Assembly: GCA_008363385.1 (NCBI GenBank) | Contig: RHKY01000005.1 | Span: forward strand, 128,518-192,517 | Origin: Acidobacteriota bacterium | Lineage (GTDB): Bacteria > Acidobacteriota > Thermoanaerobaculia > UBA5066 | Length of the DNA stretch: 64,000 nucleotides | Direction: 5' to 3' | Shown: positions 53,578 to 63,908 of the stretch, in pieces | Position numbering within the stretch: position 1 is the first letter of the stretch | How the letters are laid out: each line of letters begins with the position of its first letter | Notes under the pieces: model-generated | What the model was told of the DNA's origin: nothing | Database searches by the model: none | The model's input: the letters and a program-made list of their open reading frames with translations, nothing else | Made by a program: the position numbers and the translations under genes

Positions 53578-54297
53578 CTAGCAGGCCGCCAGCGCCGCGC
53601 CCACGCTCGCGAAGAGCCGCGCCCCGTCGGCGCTCCCGAGGAGGAGGTCCGCGGCCCGCTCCGGGTGGGGCATCAGGCCGACGACGTTCCCGCGGGCGTT
53701 GCAGATCCCGGCCACGTTCTCGAGCGAGCCGTTCGGGTTCGCCTCCGGCGTCGCCTCTCCGGCGGCGTCGACGTACCGGAAGACGACCTCGTCGCGCGCG
53801 TGGAGGTCGCGGACCACCTCGGGCGCGGCGAAGAAGTTCCCGTCCCCGTGGGCCACGGGCATCGTCAGGACGTCCCCGGCGGAGAGGCCGCGGGTGAAGG
53901 GCGTGCGCGTCGTCTCCACACGGACCCGGACCTCCCTGCAGACGAAGCGCAGGCCGGCGTTCCGGAGGAGGGCGCCGGGGAGGAGGCCCGCCTCGCAGAG
54001 GACCTGGAAGCCGTTGCAGATCCCGAGGACCGGCCCCCCCTTCTCCGCGAACGCGACGACGGACTCCATCACCGGCGAGAACCGCGCCATCGCCCCGCAC
54101 CGGAGGTAGTCGCCGTACGAGAAGCCGCCGGGGAGGATCACCAGGTCCGGGTCGCCGAGGTCCCGCTCGCCGTGCCAGACGAGGCGGGCCTCGGCCTTCA
54201 GGACCTGGGCCGCCGCGTGCGCGGCGTCCCGGTCGCAGTTCGACCCCGGGAAGAGGACGACGCTGACGCGGAGCGCCTTCGCCGGAGCGGAGGTCAC
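53578..54297 (-). CDS. purQ: Phosphoribosylformylglycinamidine synthase glutaminase subunit PurQ
   Basis: Class I glutamine amidotransferase (GICNGFQ; His/Glu near the C-terminus). 239 aa. 4-nt overlap with purS. Confidence 0.85.
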   Translation of the reverse strand: MTSAPAKALRVSVVLFPGSNCDRDAAHAAAQVLKAEARLVWHGERDLGDPDLVILPGGFSYGDYLRCGAMARFSPVMESVVAFAEKGGPVLGICNGFQVLCEAGLLPGALLRNAGLRFVCREVRVRVETTRTPFTRGLSAGDVLTMPVAHGDGNFFAAPEVVRDLHARDEVVFRYVDAAGEATPEANPNGSLENVAGICNARGNVVGLMPHPERAADLLLGSADGARLFASVGAALAAC

Positions 54298-54536
54298 CCG
54301 GCCACCTCCACCTCGAACTCCTCGATGACGGGGTTGCAGAGGAGCTTCTCGGCCATCCGCGCGGCCTTCTCCCTCGCCTCGGCGGCGTCTGCCGCGTCCA
54401 CCTCCAGGCGGAAGACGCGCCCGGCCCTCACGTCGTGGACGGCCGTCTCGCCCAGCCGCTCCAGCGCCCCCTGGATCGCCTTGCCCTGGGGGTCGAGGAC
54501 CCCCGCCTTCGGCATGACCGTGACCTCGACCTTCAT
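54294..54536 (-). CDS. purS: Phosphoribosylformylglycinamidine synthase subunit PurS
   Basis: 80 aa; [18 protein letters not shown] is typical of PurS. ATG overlaps the upstream MBL gene's stop. Confidence 0.8.
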   Translation of the reverse strand: MKVEVTVMPKAGVLDPQGKAIQGALERLGETAVHDVRAGRVFRLEVDAADAAEAREKAARMAEKLLCNPVIEEFEVEVAG

Positions 54537-55354
54537 CGGATCTCCTTGGCCTCCGTCGCGACGGGGGCCGGGTCTGACGCGCTCACCCAGCCGGTGGGCC
54601 GGTCGTGCGGGGCGACGTCGGGGACGAGGCCGGCGCCAAGGGCCGAGAGCCGCCCGGTGACGGCGGAGAGGGCCAGCGCCGGCGTGTTGTTCTGGAGGGA
54701 GACGTGGAGGAGGACGACCGCGCGCGTCCGCTCCCCCACGAGCGCGGCCATCCCGTCGGCGGCGGCCTCGTTGGAGAGGTGCCCCACGCCCGAGAGGATC
54801 CTCCGCTTCAGGAACACCGGGTACGGCCCCTCGCGCAGGAGGTCGACGTCGTGGTTGGCCTCCAGCCCCAGGACCTCGCAGCCGGAGAGCGCCTCGACGA
54901 CCTCGACCGAGAGGTGCCCGAGGTCGGTGGCGATCCCGACCCGGCGGCCCCTGCCGTCGTTGAAGACGTAGCAGACCGGCTCGCACCCGTCGTGCGGCGT
55001 CGTCACGGCCCTCACGAAGAGGTCGTCCCCGAGCCGGAGCTCGTCCCCCCCGGCGAGCGGCCTCAGGTCCGCGAAGAGGGGGCCCGGCAGCCGGGCCGAA
55101 GCGAGCGTCCCCGCCGTGCCCCACACGGGGAGCTCGGCCTTCCGCGCCAGGTCGGCCGCCGCGCGGACGTGGTCGGAGTGCTCGTGCGTCAGGAGGAGCC
55201 CCGAGACCTCCCCGAGCGTCATCCCGACCGAGGCGAGCCGCCGCGACGTGTCGCGGACCGAGAGGCCCGCGTCGAGGAGGACGGCGGTGCGCCCCGAGCG
55301 GACGACGGCGCAGTTCCCCGTCGACCCCGAGCCGAGGAAAGAGACCTCGATCAC
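54533..55354 (-). CDS. MBL-fold metallo-hydrolase
   Basis: HEHSDH metal-binding motif, 273 aa. Confidence 0.7.
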   Translation of the reverse strand: MIEVSFLGSGSTGNCAVVRSGRTAVLLDAGLSVRDTSRRLASVGMTLGEVSGLLLTHEHSDHVRAAADLARKAELPVWGTAGTLASARLPGPLFADLRPLAGGDELRLGDDLFVRAVTTPHDGCEPVCYVFNDGRGRRVGIATDLGHLSVEVVEALSGCEVLGLEANHDVDLLREGPYPVFLKRRILSGVGHLSNEAAADGMAALVGERTRAVVLLHVSLQNNTPALALSAVTGRLSALGAGLVPDVAPHDRPTGWVSASDPAPVATEAKEIR

Positions 55355-55803
55355 GACGAGCCGGTGCTCCCGAAGCCGCCGGCCCCGCGCGTCGACGGCG
55401 CGAGCGACTCGGCCGGGGCGAAGGCGGCCCGCTCCACGCGGGCCACGACGAGCTGGGCGATCCGCTCGCCCCGCGCCAGGGTCACCGGCTCCTGGCCGAG
55501 GTTGACGACGACGACGCCCACCTCGCCCCGGTAGTCGGCGTCGATCGTCCCGACCCCGTTGGCCAGCGCCAGCCCCTTCTTCAGCGCGAGGCCCGAGCGG
55601 GCCCGGACCTGCCCCTCGAACCCCGGCGGGATCTCGAGCGTCAGGCCGGTCGGGACGAGCGCGCGCCCGCCGGGCAGGAGCGTCAGCGGCTCCTCCAGCG
55701 CGGCGCGCAGGTCCGCCCCGGCGGCGCCGTCCGAGGCGTACGCGGGTGGGGCGAGGTCGGCGAACGGCTCGCGGACCCGGAAGCGGACGACGGGCCCGCT
55801 CAC
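55351..55803 (-). CDS. dut: dUTP diphosphatase Dut
   Basis: Motifs RSGLALKKG and [16 protein letters not shown] start overlaps the M16 stop. Confidence 0.8.
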   Translation of the reverse strand: MSGPVVRFRVREPFADLAPPAYASDGAAGADLRAALEEPLTLLPGGRALVPTGLTLEIPPGFEGQVRARSGLALKKGLALANGVGTIDADYRGEVGVVVVNLGQEPVTLARGERIAQLVVARVERAAFAPAESLAPSTRGAGGFGSTGSS

Positions 55804-57092
55804 GCCGCCAGCTCCCCGGACAGGTCCGCGAGCGAGGCGCCCGCCAGGTCGGGCCCCGTGACGCCGATGCCGTAGCGGCCGACGGCTCCCCAGACGGTCC
55901 CGACGGCCTCCTCGACGTCGCTCGCCGTCACGGCTAGGACGTCCCGGAGGAGGCCGTCGGCTCCGTAGGGCTCGCCCCGGTAGAGCCAGTCGCGCATCGC
56001 CGCCTCGCGCCGCGCCACCGTCGACTCGAGCGAGAGCGCGATCTCGGACCGGATCTGGTCCTTGGCGCGCGAGAGCTCCGCCCGGCCGACGCCGGCGGCG
56101 GAGAGCCGCGCGAGGGTCCGGCCCACGGTCCGGACGAGGCTCGGCAGCTTCGCCGGCGCCGTGGCCGCCTCCAGGAGCGCCAGCCCCGCCTCGCGGTGGA
56201 GCGAGAGCGAGGTGCCGACGTGGTAGGCCAGCCCCCTCCGCTCCCGCACCTCGGACCAGAGCCGCGAGGAGACGCCTCCGCCGAGGACGGTCGAGACGAT
56301 CCACGCGGCCGGGACGAGGGGGTCGGCCTGGGGCGGGGCCGGAGCCCCGAGGAGCAGGTGCGTCTGGCTCAGGTCGGGGCGCGGGACGTGGAGCGCGCAG
56401 CGGACCGGACGGGGCCTGCGCCGCCTTCGCGGCGCGGGGCGCGACGGGCGCGCAGAGAGAGGGCGCGGTCCCCGACGCGAGCGCAGCCGGGCGAGGAGGT
56501 CGAGGAGGCGGCGCGGCTCGAACGCGCCCACGGCCACCCAGACCGTCCTTTGCGGGCGGAACGCCTCGCGGAACCAGGCGGCCAGCGAGCGCCGCGTCAG
56601 CCCCCCGACGCTCTCCCGCGTCCCGAGGATCGGCGCTCCGAGCGGGTGGTCCGGCCAGAACTCCCGGACGAAGTCGTCGTGGAGGCGGTCCTCCGGGACG
56701 TCGCTCGCCTCCGCCATCTCCTCGAGGATGACGGCCCGCTCGAGCTCCACGTCCTCCGCCGTGAAGGCGGGTGCCTCCGTCAGGTCGCAGAGGAGCTCGA
56801 GGCCCTCCCCGACGTGGTCCGAGGTCGTCCGGGCGTGGAACGTGACGGACTCCTTCGACGTGAAGGCGTCGCAGTCGCCGCCGAGCCGGTCGGTCATCCG
56901 GGCGATCGCGGGGCCCGATCGCCTCCGGGTCCGCTTGAACAGGAGGTGCTCGAGGAAGTGCGTGGAGCCCAGCTCCCCCGGCGGCTCGTCGGCCGAGCCC
57001 GCCGCGGCCGTCACGGAGACCGCCACGCTCCTCACGTCGCGCATCGGGTCGAGCCAGACCTCGGCCCCGTCCTCGAGCCGTTCGACTTGCAT
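55800..57092 (-). CDS. M16-family (insulinase/pitrilysin-like) zinc peptidase
   Basis: HFLEH inverted zinc motif and downstream E. Two-domain ~430 aa. Arg/Pro-rich interdomain linker. Confidence 0.75.
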   Translation of the reverse strand: MQVERLEDGAEVWLDPMRDVRSVAVSVTAAAGSADEPPGELGSTHFLEHLLFKRTRRRSGPAIARMTDRLGGDCDAFTSKESVTFHARTTSDHVGEGLELLCDLTEAPAFTAEDVELERAVILEEMAEASDVPEDRLHDDFVREFWPDHPLGAPILGTRESVGGLTRRSLAAWFREAFRPQRTVWVAVGAFEPRRLLDLLARLRSRRGPRPLSARPSRPAPRRRRRPRPVRCALHVPRPDLSQTHLLLGAPAPPQADPLVPAAWIVSTVLGGGVSSRLWSEVRERRGLAYHVGTSLSLHREAGLALLEAATAPAKLPSLVRTVGRTLARLSAAGVGRAELSRAKDQIRSEIALSLESTVARREAAMRDWLYRGEPYGADGLLRDVLAVTASDVEEAVGTVWGAVGRYGIGVTGPDLAGASLADLSGELAA

Positions 57093-57133
57093 CCGCCGGA
57101 TCTTAGTCGGACGGGGGCGGGGGGGGAGCCGCC

Positions 57134-57784
57134 TCACCTCTTGGGCGGCTTGTCCCCGCCGCCGCCGAACCCGGGGCCGGGCAGGCCGCCCGGGGTCTCG
57201 ATCTCCCCGGACTTGGTCAGGAGGGACTGTTCCGTGAAGCGCCACTCGCTGTAGACGTCGCGCCCCTCCCAGAGCCGGAAGCCCCGCTTCGTCGACTTGG
57301 AGTGGACGCCCAGGATCGGGCCCATCGCCACGTCTCCCGGCTTCGCGAAGCCGCCGAAGCCCCCCGGGGTCGGGCTCGGCGTGGGGGTGGGGCGGGGGTC
57401 CCGGTCGCCTCCGCCCGGCATGCCGCCGCCGCCCGGCAGGTTCTGGCCCGGCGAGGCGAGCGTGACGAGCCCCCAGTCGGCGCTGCCGGTCATCGGGTCC
57501 TTCCAGAGCTTCCTCAGCGCACGCGGCTTGGTCTCGATCATCTCCTTCAGCGAGACCGGGTAGCGGCCGAACCGGCGGCGGAAGACGCGGATCCCCTCGG
57601 CGTACTGCAGCCCCCGGAAGATCAGCTCGGCCTCCCGGTCGCGCTGCGCCTGCGCCGAGGCGAGCGGGAGGACCGAGGCGTGCAGGATGGCCATCACCGT
57701 CAGCCCGACGAGCAGGGCCACCAGGGTGTACCCGCGGGCCGCGCGGGTGCGGGCGGACGCGGGGCGCGGCGGGCGGGTCACCAC
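57134..57784 (-). CDS. Pseudopilin (prepilin-type N-terminal methylation motif, GspG/H-like, Gly-rich C-terminal region)
   Basis: RGYTLVALLVGLTVMAI prepilin motif. 216 aa. Confidence 0.65.
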   Translation of the reverse strand: MVTRPPRPASARTRAARGYTLVALLVGLTVMAILHASVLPLASAQAQRDREAELIFRGLQYAEGIRVFRRRFGRYPVSLKEMIETKPRALRKLWKDPMTGSADWGLVTLASPGQNLPGGGGMPGGGDRDPRPTPTPSPTPGGFGGFAKPGDVAMGPILGVHSKSTKRGFRLWEGRDVYSEWRFTEQSLLTKSGEIETPGGLPGPGFGGGGDKPPKR

Positions 57785-58188
57785 GAGCTGTAGGCGGTCC
57801 CGTCCAGCGCCGTCTCCGTGGAGCCGGAGTGGACGTCGACGATCCCGGGCGCGGCCTCCTCGGCCCCCTCCTCGTCGTCGGCCTCGGCGTACGTCAGCTG
57901 CCAGGTCTCGGAGGACTTCGTGAAAGGGTCGACCGGGACCTTCCGGATGTAGCCGTCGGTGACGAGCGTCTCGAGCGAGTCGGGGTAGTTCCCCTTGTCG
58001 GCGTAGTACTGGTCGATCATCGAGCGGAAGGTGAAGAGGTTCTCCTTCAGCGCGGCCTCGCGGGCGCGGATCGGGGTCTTCAGGAGCTGCGGGACGGCCA
58101 CGGCCGCCAGGATCCCGAGGACCGCCATGACGACGAGGAGCTCGAGGAGCGTGTAGCCGCGGGCGCGGCGTCGCGGAGGGAGTCTCAT
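57778..58188 (-). CDS. gspG: Type II secretion major pseudopilin GspG-like
   Basis: RGYTLLELLVVMAVLGILAAVAVP. QYYADKGNYP is typical of GspG. 136 aa. Confidence 0.75.
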   Translation of the reverse strand: MRLPPRRRARGYTLLELLVVMAVLGILAAVAVPQLLKTPIRAREAALKENLFTFRSMIDQYYADKGNYPDSLETLVTDGYIRKVPVDPFTKSSETWQLTYAEADDEEGAEEAAPGIVDVHSGSTETALDGTAYSSW

Positions 58189-58189
58189 C

Positions 58190-58660
58190 TCACCAGTCCC
58201 TGTACTTCGTCTTGTCCAGGGCCGTCCCGTCCGAGAGGGAGTAGACGTCGTAGACGTTCTGCCGCCCCCAGGAGGTCGAGTCGGGCTCGTCCTGGACGCT
58301 CCTCAAGCCCCACTCCGCCTCCCCCGTCATCGGGTCGATCGGGATCCGGCGGAGGAACTTCCGCTTCTTCTTGATCTGGCCGACCAGGTCCACCCCTTCG
58401 ACGAGGACCTCGAGCTCCTTGGGGTACCCCTCGGAGTCGAGCGCGACCGGGATGAGGCCCTGGTCGGAGAGCCGCTTGTGCTCGTCGATGGCGTTCCGGA
58501 TCGTCCGGAGCGCCTCCTTGAGCTCCAGCTCCTTCTGCCGCTTGATCGAGAACCGGGCGGCCGGGACGATCATGGCCGTCAGGATCAGGATCAGGGCCGT
58601 GACGACGGCCAGCTCGACGAGCGAGTAGCCGCGCTCCCAGCGCCTCGCCGCGCTCCTCAC
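58190..58660 (-). CDS. GspG-like pseudopilin paralog
   Basis: RGYSLVELAVVTALILILTAMIVP N-terminus. 156 aa. Confidence 0.65.
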   Translation of the reverse strand: MRSAARRWERGYSLVELAVVTALILILTAMIVPAARFSIKRQKELELKEALRTIRNAIDEHKRLSDQGLIPVALDSEGYPKELEVLVEGVDLVGQIKKKRKFLRRIPIDPMTGEAEWGLRSVQDEPDSTSWGRQNVYDVYSLSDGTALDKTKYRDW

Positions 58661-58676
58661 CGGGCGTCCTCCGCCA

Positions 58677-61046
58677 TCAGGGCGCCGCCGCCGCGGCCAC
58701 CTCGAGGGTGGCCGGCTCCAAGTCGGGGCGGACCCCGCCCTCCCGGGAGAGGGCCGCCCCGGCCGTGGCGCGGAAGACCGTGGCTCCCGGGGAGAGCCCG
58801 CGCACGAAGAGACGCGCCAGGACCCCCTCGGGGAGGCCGAAGGAGGTCCCCACCCGCGAGACGGCGATCCGGGCCCGTCCCGTTCCGGGCTCGGCGTCGA
58901 AGCGGATCGAGCCGGGCGCGGCCTGCTCCTGCCACGGCCCCGGGGCGATCCCGGTCACCTCGGCCACCGCGGGGTCCCACTCGAGAGTCAGCTCGAGCGC
59001 GTTCAGGTCGGAGAGGCCCGCGGCCCCCGAGAGGTCGAGCGTCCCCTCCCGCCCGGCGGAGAGCGTCGGCGCCCCGGCGACGAGCCGCAGCGCGGGGGCG
59101 GCCGCCGCCACGGGGGACGCCTCGTCCCCCTCGGGGCGGAGCGACCCCTGCTTCGGGACCTCGGGCGCGGGGGCGGCCGGCGTGGTCCTGCGGAACGGGT
59201 CCGTCGGCGGGAGGCCTTGCTGGAACGGGAGCGGGGCTGCCGGCTTCTGCCCCGCGGCCGGCGCCGAGCGGTCGGGCGCGGCGTCGAACGGGGAGGAGGT
59301 GGCCCGCGGCGACTCCAGCCTCACGTTCAGGCCCGAGAAGCTGACGTTGTTCTCCGTGCCGACCCAGATCGGGACCAGGTCGTCGTCCGTGATCTGCGGG
59401 GCCCGGACGATCTGGGGCGTCATCGTCAGGAGGAGGTCCGTCGACTTCTGGTCGTCCTTGGTGTTCGTGAAGAGCGGCCCGACGAGCGGGAGGTCCATCA
59501 GGAAGGGGATCCCCTTCTTCGACTTCACGCGGTCGTTGCGGTACAGGCCCGCCAGAACGCTCGTCTCGCCGTCCTTCAGCCGGATGGTGGAGGTGATCGT
59601 CCGGGTCCCGATGATCGGCTGCGCCAGGCCGCCGGGCGTCTGGACCTCGCCGTCCTGCTGCGAGATCTCGACCATGAGCTTCAGGGTCACCTCCTTGTTG
59701 TGGTGGACCCGCGGCTCGATGTCGATCTTGATCCCGACGTCCTGGTACTGGAACGACGTGACCGGGATGACGCCGCTGCCGCCGACGGCCACCTGCGTGG
59801 AGATCGTCGTGACCGGGATCGGGATCCGCTGCCCGATCGTCAGCTGGGCCTTCTCCCCCTCGGCGATCCTCAGCTGCGGCTTGGCCAGGATGTCGGCGTC
59901 CGTGTTGTCCTTGATGAAGTTGAACGTCACCGTCGGGATCGAGAAGGAGAGGTCCGACTTGCCGAGGCTCATCAGGGCGTCCCACCCGAGCGAGGTGACC
60001 GGCTTGCCGTCGTCCCCGACGACGCCGGCCGTGATGCTGTAGGCGGAGAGCTTCGTCCCCAGCTCGATCACCTTCGACATCGTCACCTGGAGGAGCTCCA
60101 CGTTGACGATCACCTCGGCCCGGGCCTTGTCGTTGACGTCGATGATCTTCTCGGCCACGGCGATCTTGTCGGCCGTGTCGCGGATGACGATGGCGTTCAG
60201 CTGCGGGATCGTCCCGAGGCGCCTCAGGTCGAGGATCGAGCGGACCATCGCCGAGACGTCCTTGACGTCCCCGTTGGAGAGGAAGAAGGTCCGGATGACC
60301 AGGTCCTCGTACTCCTTGCGGTTCTGGCTCGTGTCCTGGGCGATCAGGATCGTCTTCTCGTCGAGGACCTTGTAGAAGTGCCCCGCCTGCCGCATCACGA
60401 CCTCGAGGCCCTTCTGGAAGCTGACGGAGCGGAGGTCCACCGTGAACTTGTCGTCCTTCAGCTGCGGGTCGTAGATGATGTTGATCCCGGCCGCCGCCGC
60501 CAGCGCGCCGTAGATCTTCTTGATGTTCGTCTCCTGCGGGAAGACGAGGTCGATCGGCTTGTCCGAGGAGGGGACGAGCATCGGCGGGCGGGCCTTGGCG
60601 CCCCGGGTCCGTTCCTTGGCCTTCTCGACGGGGCTCCCCCCGGTCGCCTCGGCCCGGCGGCGCAGGAGGTCCTCCTTGGTGGCGGCCAGCTCCTGCCGCG
60701 CCGCCTCGAGGCTGCCGTCGAGCGAGACCGCCTGCTCCAGCTCGACGGCGGCCAGCTCCAGCTGCCCCGAGGCCCGGTAGACCTTGCCGCGCTCGTAGTG
60801 CGACTGGGCCGCCTTCTGCTTGCCGCGGGCCAGCGCGATCCGGTTCCGGCTGTTCCGCGGGTCGAGCTCGACGGCCTTCTGGTAGGCGAGGACGGCCAGG
60901 TCGAGGTGACCGCGGTCCTCCTCGGCCATCCCGTCCCGGTAGTACCGGTTCGCCGTGCAGCTCCCGAGGAGGAGGGCGAGCAGGAGCACGGCGGGGACCG
61001 CGCGGCGTCGGCCGGGGAGAGGGCGGTAAGGGGGCGTCTTCGTCAT
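58677..61046 (-). CDS. Secretin (GspD/PilQ family) with N-terminal lipoprotein signal and TPR region, and a ~220-aa C-terminal extension
   Basis: Lipobox LLGSC, TPR-like N-terminus, N0/N1-like domains, secretin core (...VLAGLYRNDRV...PFLMDLPLVGPLF). Pro/Ala-rich linker followed by an additional C-terminal domain. Confidence 0.8.
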   Translation of the reverse strand: MTKTPPYRPLPGRRRAVPAVLLLALLLGSCTANRYYRDGMAEEDRGHLDLAVLAYQKAVELDPRNSRNRIALARGKQKAAQSHYERGKVYRASGQLELAAVELEQAVSLDGSLEAARQELAATKEDLLRRRAEATGGSPVEKAKERTRGAKARPPMLVPSSDKPIDLVFPQETNIKKIYGALAAAAGINIIYDPQLKDDKFTVDLRSVSFQKGLEVVMRQAGHFYKVLDEKTILIAQDTSQNRKEYEDLVIRTFFLSNGDVKDVSAMVRSILDLRRLGTIPQLNAIVIRDTADKIAVAEKIIDVNDKARAEVIVNVELLQVTMSKVIELGTKLSAYSITAGVVGDDGKPVTSLGWDALMSLGKSDLSFSIPTVTFNFIKDNTDADILAKPQLRIAEGEKAQLTIGQRIPIPVTTISTQVAVGGSGVIPVTSFQYQDVGIKIDIEPRVHHNKEVTLKLMVEISQQDGEVQTPGGLAQPIIGTRTITSTIRLKDGETSVLAGLYRNDRVKSKKGIPFLMDLPLVGPLFTNTKDDQKSTDLLLTMTPQIVRAPQITDDDLVPIWVGTENNVSFSGLNVRLESPRATSSPFDAAPDRSAPAAGQKPAAPLPFQQGLPPTDPFRRTTPAAPAPEVPKQGSLRPEGDEASPVAAAAPALRLVAGAPTLSAGREGTLDLSGAAGLSDLNALELTLEWDPAVAEVTGIAPGPWQEQAAPGSIRFDAEPGTGRARIAVSRVGTSFGLPEGVLARLFVRGLSPGATVFRATAGAALSREGGVRPDLEPATLEVAAAAAP

Positions 61047-61065
61047 CCGGGTCCCTCCGGGGGCG

Positions 61066-61644
61066 TCACGAGGAGAACGGGAGGCGCCGCGAGATCCCGG
61101 GCGGCAGCCCGAGGAACTCGAAGTCGGCGGACTCGCGGTTGATCTTCTTCAGGATGAAGCGGCCGTCGAGGAGGTCCCCCTCGCGGGCGACGATGAGACG
61201 GCCGCCGTCCTCCAGGGCCAGGATCGGGCGCTCCTTCGGCCCGAACACCCCGACGAGCTTGTACGGGATCGGGGGCGGGACGATCGGCGTGGCGGTCGGG
61301 ACGGGGGTCGGGAGGCGCGGCCCGATGAACTCCGCGCTCCCCTGCGCCGGGAAGGGCGTCGGGGTCGGCGTCGGCGGCGGCGGGGTGGGCGTCGGGACCT
61401 CGTGGAAGCGGAACGGGTTCCGCGTCACGGCCCCCGGGATGTCCCCCCGTCCGGCCACCAGGTCGAGCGCCGGGATCTCCTCGGCCCTCACCACCCGCCC
61501 GGGAGGCCCGTCGCCCGGGCGGCGCGCGGCCGGCGGGCTCTCGGGGGCGGAGGCCGCGGGCTCGCGCATGCCCCACCAGGCCGCGAGCACCAAGACCACG
61601 CAGAGGAGGACGAGGAGGAGCTCCCTGCGCCGCCGGGGGGTCAT
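61066..61644 (-). CDS. pilP: PilP-like pilot/assembly lipoprotein (or GspC-like)
   Basis: N-terminal TM anchor, Pro/Thr-rich linker (TPTPPPPTPTPTP), C-terminal β-domain. Position between pilO and the secretin. Confidence 0.55.
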   Translation of the reverse strand: MTPRRRRELLLVLLCVVLVLAAWWGMREPAASAPESPPAARRPGDGPPGRVVRAEEIPALDLVAGRGDIPGAVTRNPFRFHEVPTPTPPPPTPTPTPFPAQGSAEFIGPRLPTPVPTATPIVPPPIPYKLVGVFGPKERPILALEDGGRLIVAREGDLLDGRFILKKINRESADFEFLGLPPGISRRLPFSS

Positions 61645-62267
61645 CTCGACCTCGCGGCGCGGCCCCGCGCCCCGGGCGGCGTGGCGGACGGACCGCCAAG
61701 GCGCCGGGGGATCCGGGTCCCGGCCGTGCGGAAGTAGTGGGCCACCGACAGCTGGACCGACAGGAGGTCGGGCTGGAGCGGGTCGAGCGTCACGCCGACG
61801 TTCTCGACGACGAGGAACCGGGGGGTCGTCTCGAACTCGTGGAGGAGCTTCTTGACGTCGGCGTAGGTCCCGTCGACGTCGAAGCGCATCAGGATCTGGT
61901 CGGCGCCGGGGATCTCGGCCTCGTCGTACGAGATCCGCGCGGGCCTGAGCCCCAGCTTCCGGGTCATGCCGTAGATCTCCTCGAGGAGCGGCGCGAGCCG
62001 CTCGCTCCGCGTCCCGAGGGTCGTCCCGTAGAACTCCTCGAGGCCGCGCTGGAGCCCCTCCAGCCGCTCGGCCGTGGCCCGGGCCCGCGCGAGGGCCTCG
62101 CGCGCCTCGTCGCGCTGCGCCCGGGCGCCGCGCTCCTCGGCCTGGAGCGCCTCGAGGCGGTCCTCGTACAGGACGCGGTACGACACGAGGACCGCGACGT
62201 TGGCGGCGACGACCGCGCCGAGGGCGACCAGGGCCCAGAGGCGGGACCTCCAGGGGGAGCCCCTCAC
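61641..62267 (-). CDS. pilO: PilO-like inner-membrane assembly protein
   Basis: Single TM, coiled-coil, ferredoxin-like C-terminus. GTG overlaps the pilN stop. The upstream part of the ORF to 62378 is excluded. Confidence 0.55.
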   Translation of the reverse strand: MRGSPWRSRLWALVALGAVVAANVAVLVSYRVLYEDRLEALQAEERGARAQRDEAREALARARATAERLEGLQRGLEEFYGTTLGTRSERLAPLLEEIYGMTRKLGLRPARISYDEAEIPGADQILMRFDVDGTYADVKKLLHEFETTPRFLVVENVGVTLDPLQPDLLSVQLSVAHYFRTAGTRIPRRLGGPSATPPGARGRAARSR

Positions 62268-62878
62268 GGCTCGCCCTTCCCGCCGTCGAGATACTGGACG
62301 TCGAGGAGGAGCCGGGTCCCCTCCGGAGTCCCGACCTCCGGCCCCTCCTCGGAGCGGGGCTCGGGGTGGTCGAACCACTCGGACGCGTAGAAGGTCCGGA
62401 TGACCTTCGGGAAGCCGTCGGGGTCGCGGCAGACCAGCTCCAGCTCGAGCGGAATGGCCGCGTCGGTCCCGACGGGGCGCCGGGCCTCGGCCTGGCTGTC
62501 CGGGCGCTGGAGCTGGATCCGCGTCACCCGGACCTCGTTCGGCAGCGTCGCCTCGAGGCGGCTGAGGAACCGGGTCCAGGAAAAGGCCCGCCGCCGGGCG
62601 ATCCAGGCCGCGTCCGCGGCGCCCTGCGCCAGGACCGAGAGGTCGAGCCTGGCGACGGCGGCCTCGGCCGAGGCCCGTTCGCGGGAGAGCCGTCCCGTCT
62701 CGTCCTTCAGCGCGGCGATCGACGCCCGGGTCCGCCCCGAGCCGTCGAGGTAGTCGCGCACCGTCCGCAGGCTGACGACCGACAGGACCACGGCCGCCAG
62801 GGCGAAGACGGCGACGGCCAGGTTCGCGGGCCGCGTGTTGACGAAGGGCCGGCTGGCGAGGTTCAGGCCGCGCGGCAT
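62264..62878 (-). CDS. pilN: PilN-like inner-membrane assembly protein
   Basis: N-terminal LNLASRPF motif then TM and coiled-coil, typical of PilN (INLLP family). Confidence 0.6.
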   Translation of the reverse strand: MPRGLNLASRPFVNTRPANLAVAVFALAAVVLSVVSLRTVRDYLDGSGRTRASIAALKDETGRLSRERASAEAAVARLDLSVLAQGAADAAWIARRRAFSWTRFLSRLEATLPNEVRVTRIQLQRPDSQAEARRPVGTDAAIPLELELVCRDPDGFPKVIRTFYASEWFDHPEPRSEEGPEVGTPEGTRLLLDVQYLDGGKGEP

Positions 62879-62891
62879 CGCAGGCTCCTCC

Positions 62892-63908
62892 TCACGCGTC
62901 CTCCCCGGCCATCGCGCCGAGCGCCACCAGGACCGCCGGGTCCTCGACGCCCGAGAGCGTCGCGGCGGCGCCGGGCCGTTCCGAGAGGACGACCACGTTC
63001 GGGGCCAGCGCCGCGCGGGTGATCGCGACGGGGTCCGACCCGCCCCGCTCGGCCCGGAACGCCCGGAACGCCGAGACGATCGGCGAGCCGACCGGGCCCG
63101 CCGCGCAGGCCAGCCGCACGTCCACCCCCTGGCCGTCCTCCTCCCCGCCTCCGCCGACGAAGGTGGCCGCCAGCCGGATCTCCTGGAGCGCCTCCTCGGG
63201 GTCCGACGTGGCCTTCGTCCGGAGGAACCGCAGGCTCCCTCGCTCGAAGAAGATCGTCGTCGCGGCGTCGCCGTCCGCCCAGACGACGAACCCCTCCCCC
63301 AGGACGAGGCGCCGCGCCAGCGTCGAGACCGCGACGGCCGCCGACTCCAGCGCCCCGAGCCGCACGCCCGCGGCGTGGAACCCGGCCTCCAGGGCGGCCG
63401 CCGTCTCCTCGAGCGTGGCCACCGCCAGGACCCGGGTCCCCTCCTCGCCCGCCCCGGCCGTCTGCCAGGCCGTCCTCAGCACGGGCGAAGGCTCGCCGAA
63501 GACCTTGGCGAGCTTCCAGCCGAGGACCTCGGCGGTCTCCTTCGGGCTCCCCTCGGGGTCCTCGCCGTCGAAGACGACGACCCGGACGAAGTCGTCGGGG
63601 ACGGCGAGCGAGGCGGCGGGGACACGCCCTCCGAGGTCGGCCACGAGGGCGGCGACGGTGCGGCGGAACGGGTCGGGCGCGACGAGCGGGACGCCTCCGG
63701 GGCCGGGCCGGAGAGCCTCCGGCGGCAGCGGCCGGGAGGCGACCCTCACCGGCAGGGGGGCCGCGCCCCCCGAGGCGCGCCGCGCCGCGGGGTCGCGCCC
63801 GACGTAGAGGAGCCGGTTGCGCGTCAGGACGAACGCGTGCGGCGGGCGCCGCGCGCGGAACGTCGGCGTCCGCCGGAAGAGCCTGCGGAGGGAGCGGACG
63901 TCACTCAA
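62892..63908 (-). CDS. pilM: PilM/GspL-like cytoplasmic assembly protein (divergent actin-like fold)
   Basis: 338 aa at the head of the pilNOP-secretin array. Apparent TTG start overlapping the gspE stop. Weak sequence signal. Confidence 0.4.
   Translation of the reverse strand: MSDVRSLRRLFRRTPTFRARRPPHAFVLTRNRLLYVGRDPAARRASGGAAPLPVRVASRPLPPEALRPGPGGVPLVAPDPFRRTVAALVADLGGRVPAASLAVPDDFVRVVVFDGEDPEGSPKETAEVLGWKLAKVFGEPSPVLRTAWQTAGAGEEGTRVLAVATLEETAAALEAGFHAAGVRLGALESAAVAVSTLARRLVLGEGFVVWADGDAATTIFFERGSLRFLRTKATSDPEEALQEIRLAATFVGGGGEEDGQGVDVRLACAAGPVGSPIVSAFRAFRAERGGSDPVAITRAALAPNVVVLSERPGAAATLSGVEDPAVLVALGAMAGEDA

Noticed and set aside
56380-56520. Arg/Pro-rich stretch in the middle of the M16 peptidase (…[29 protein letters not shown]…) as a possible frameshift
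   Set aside because: The reading frame stays open with conserved M16 N- and C-domain features on both sides. This is most simply a disordered interdomain linker. It cannot be distinguished from a compensated frameshift without orthologs.
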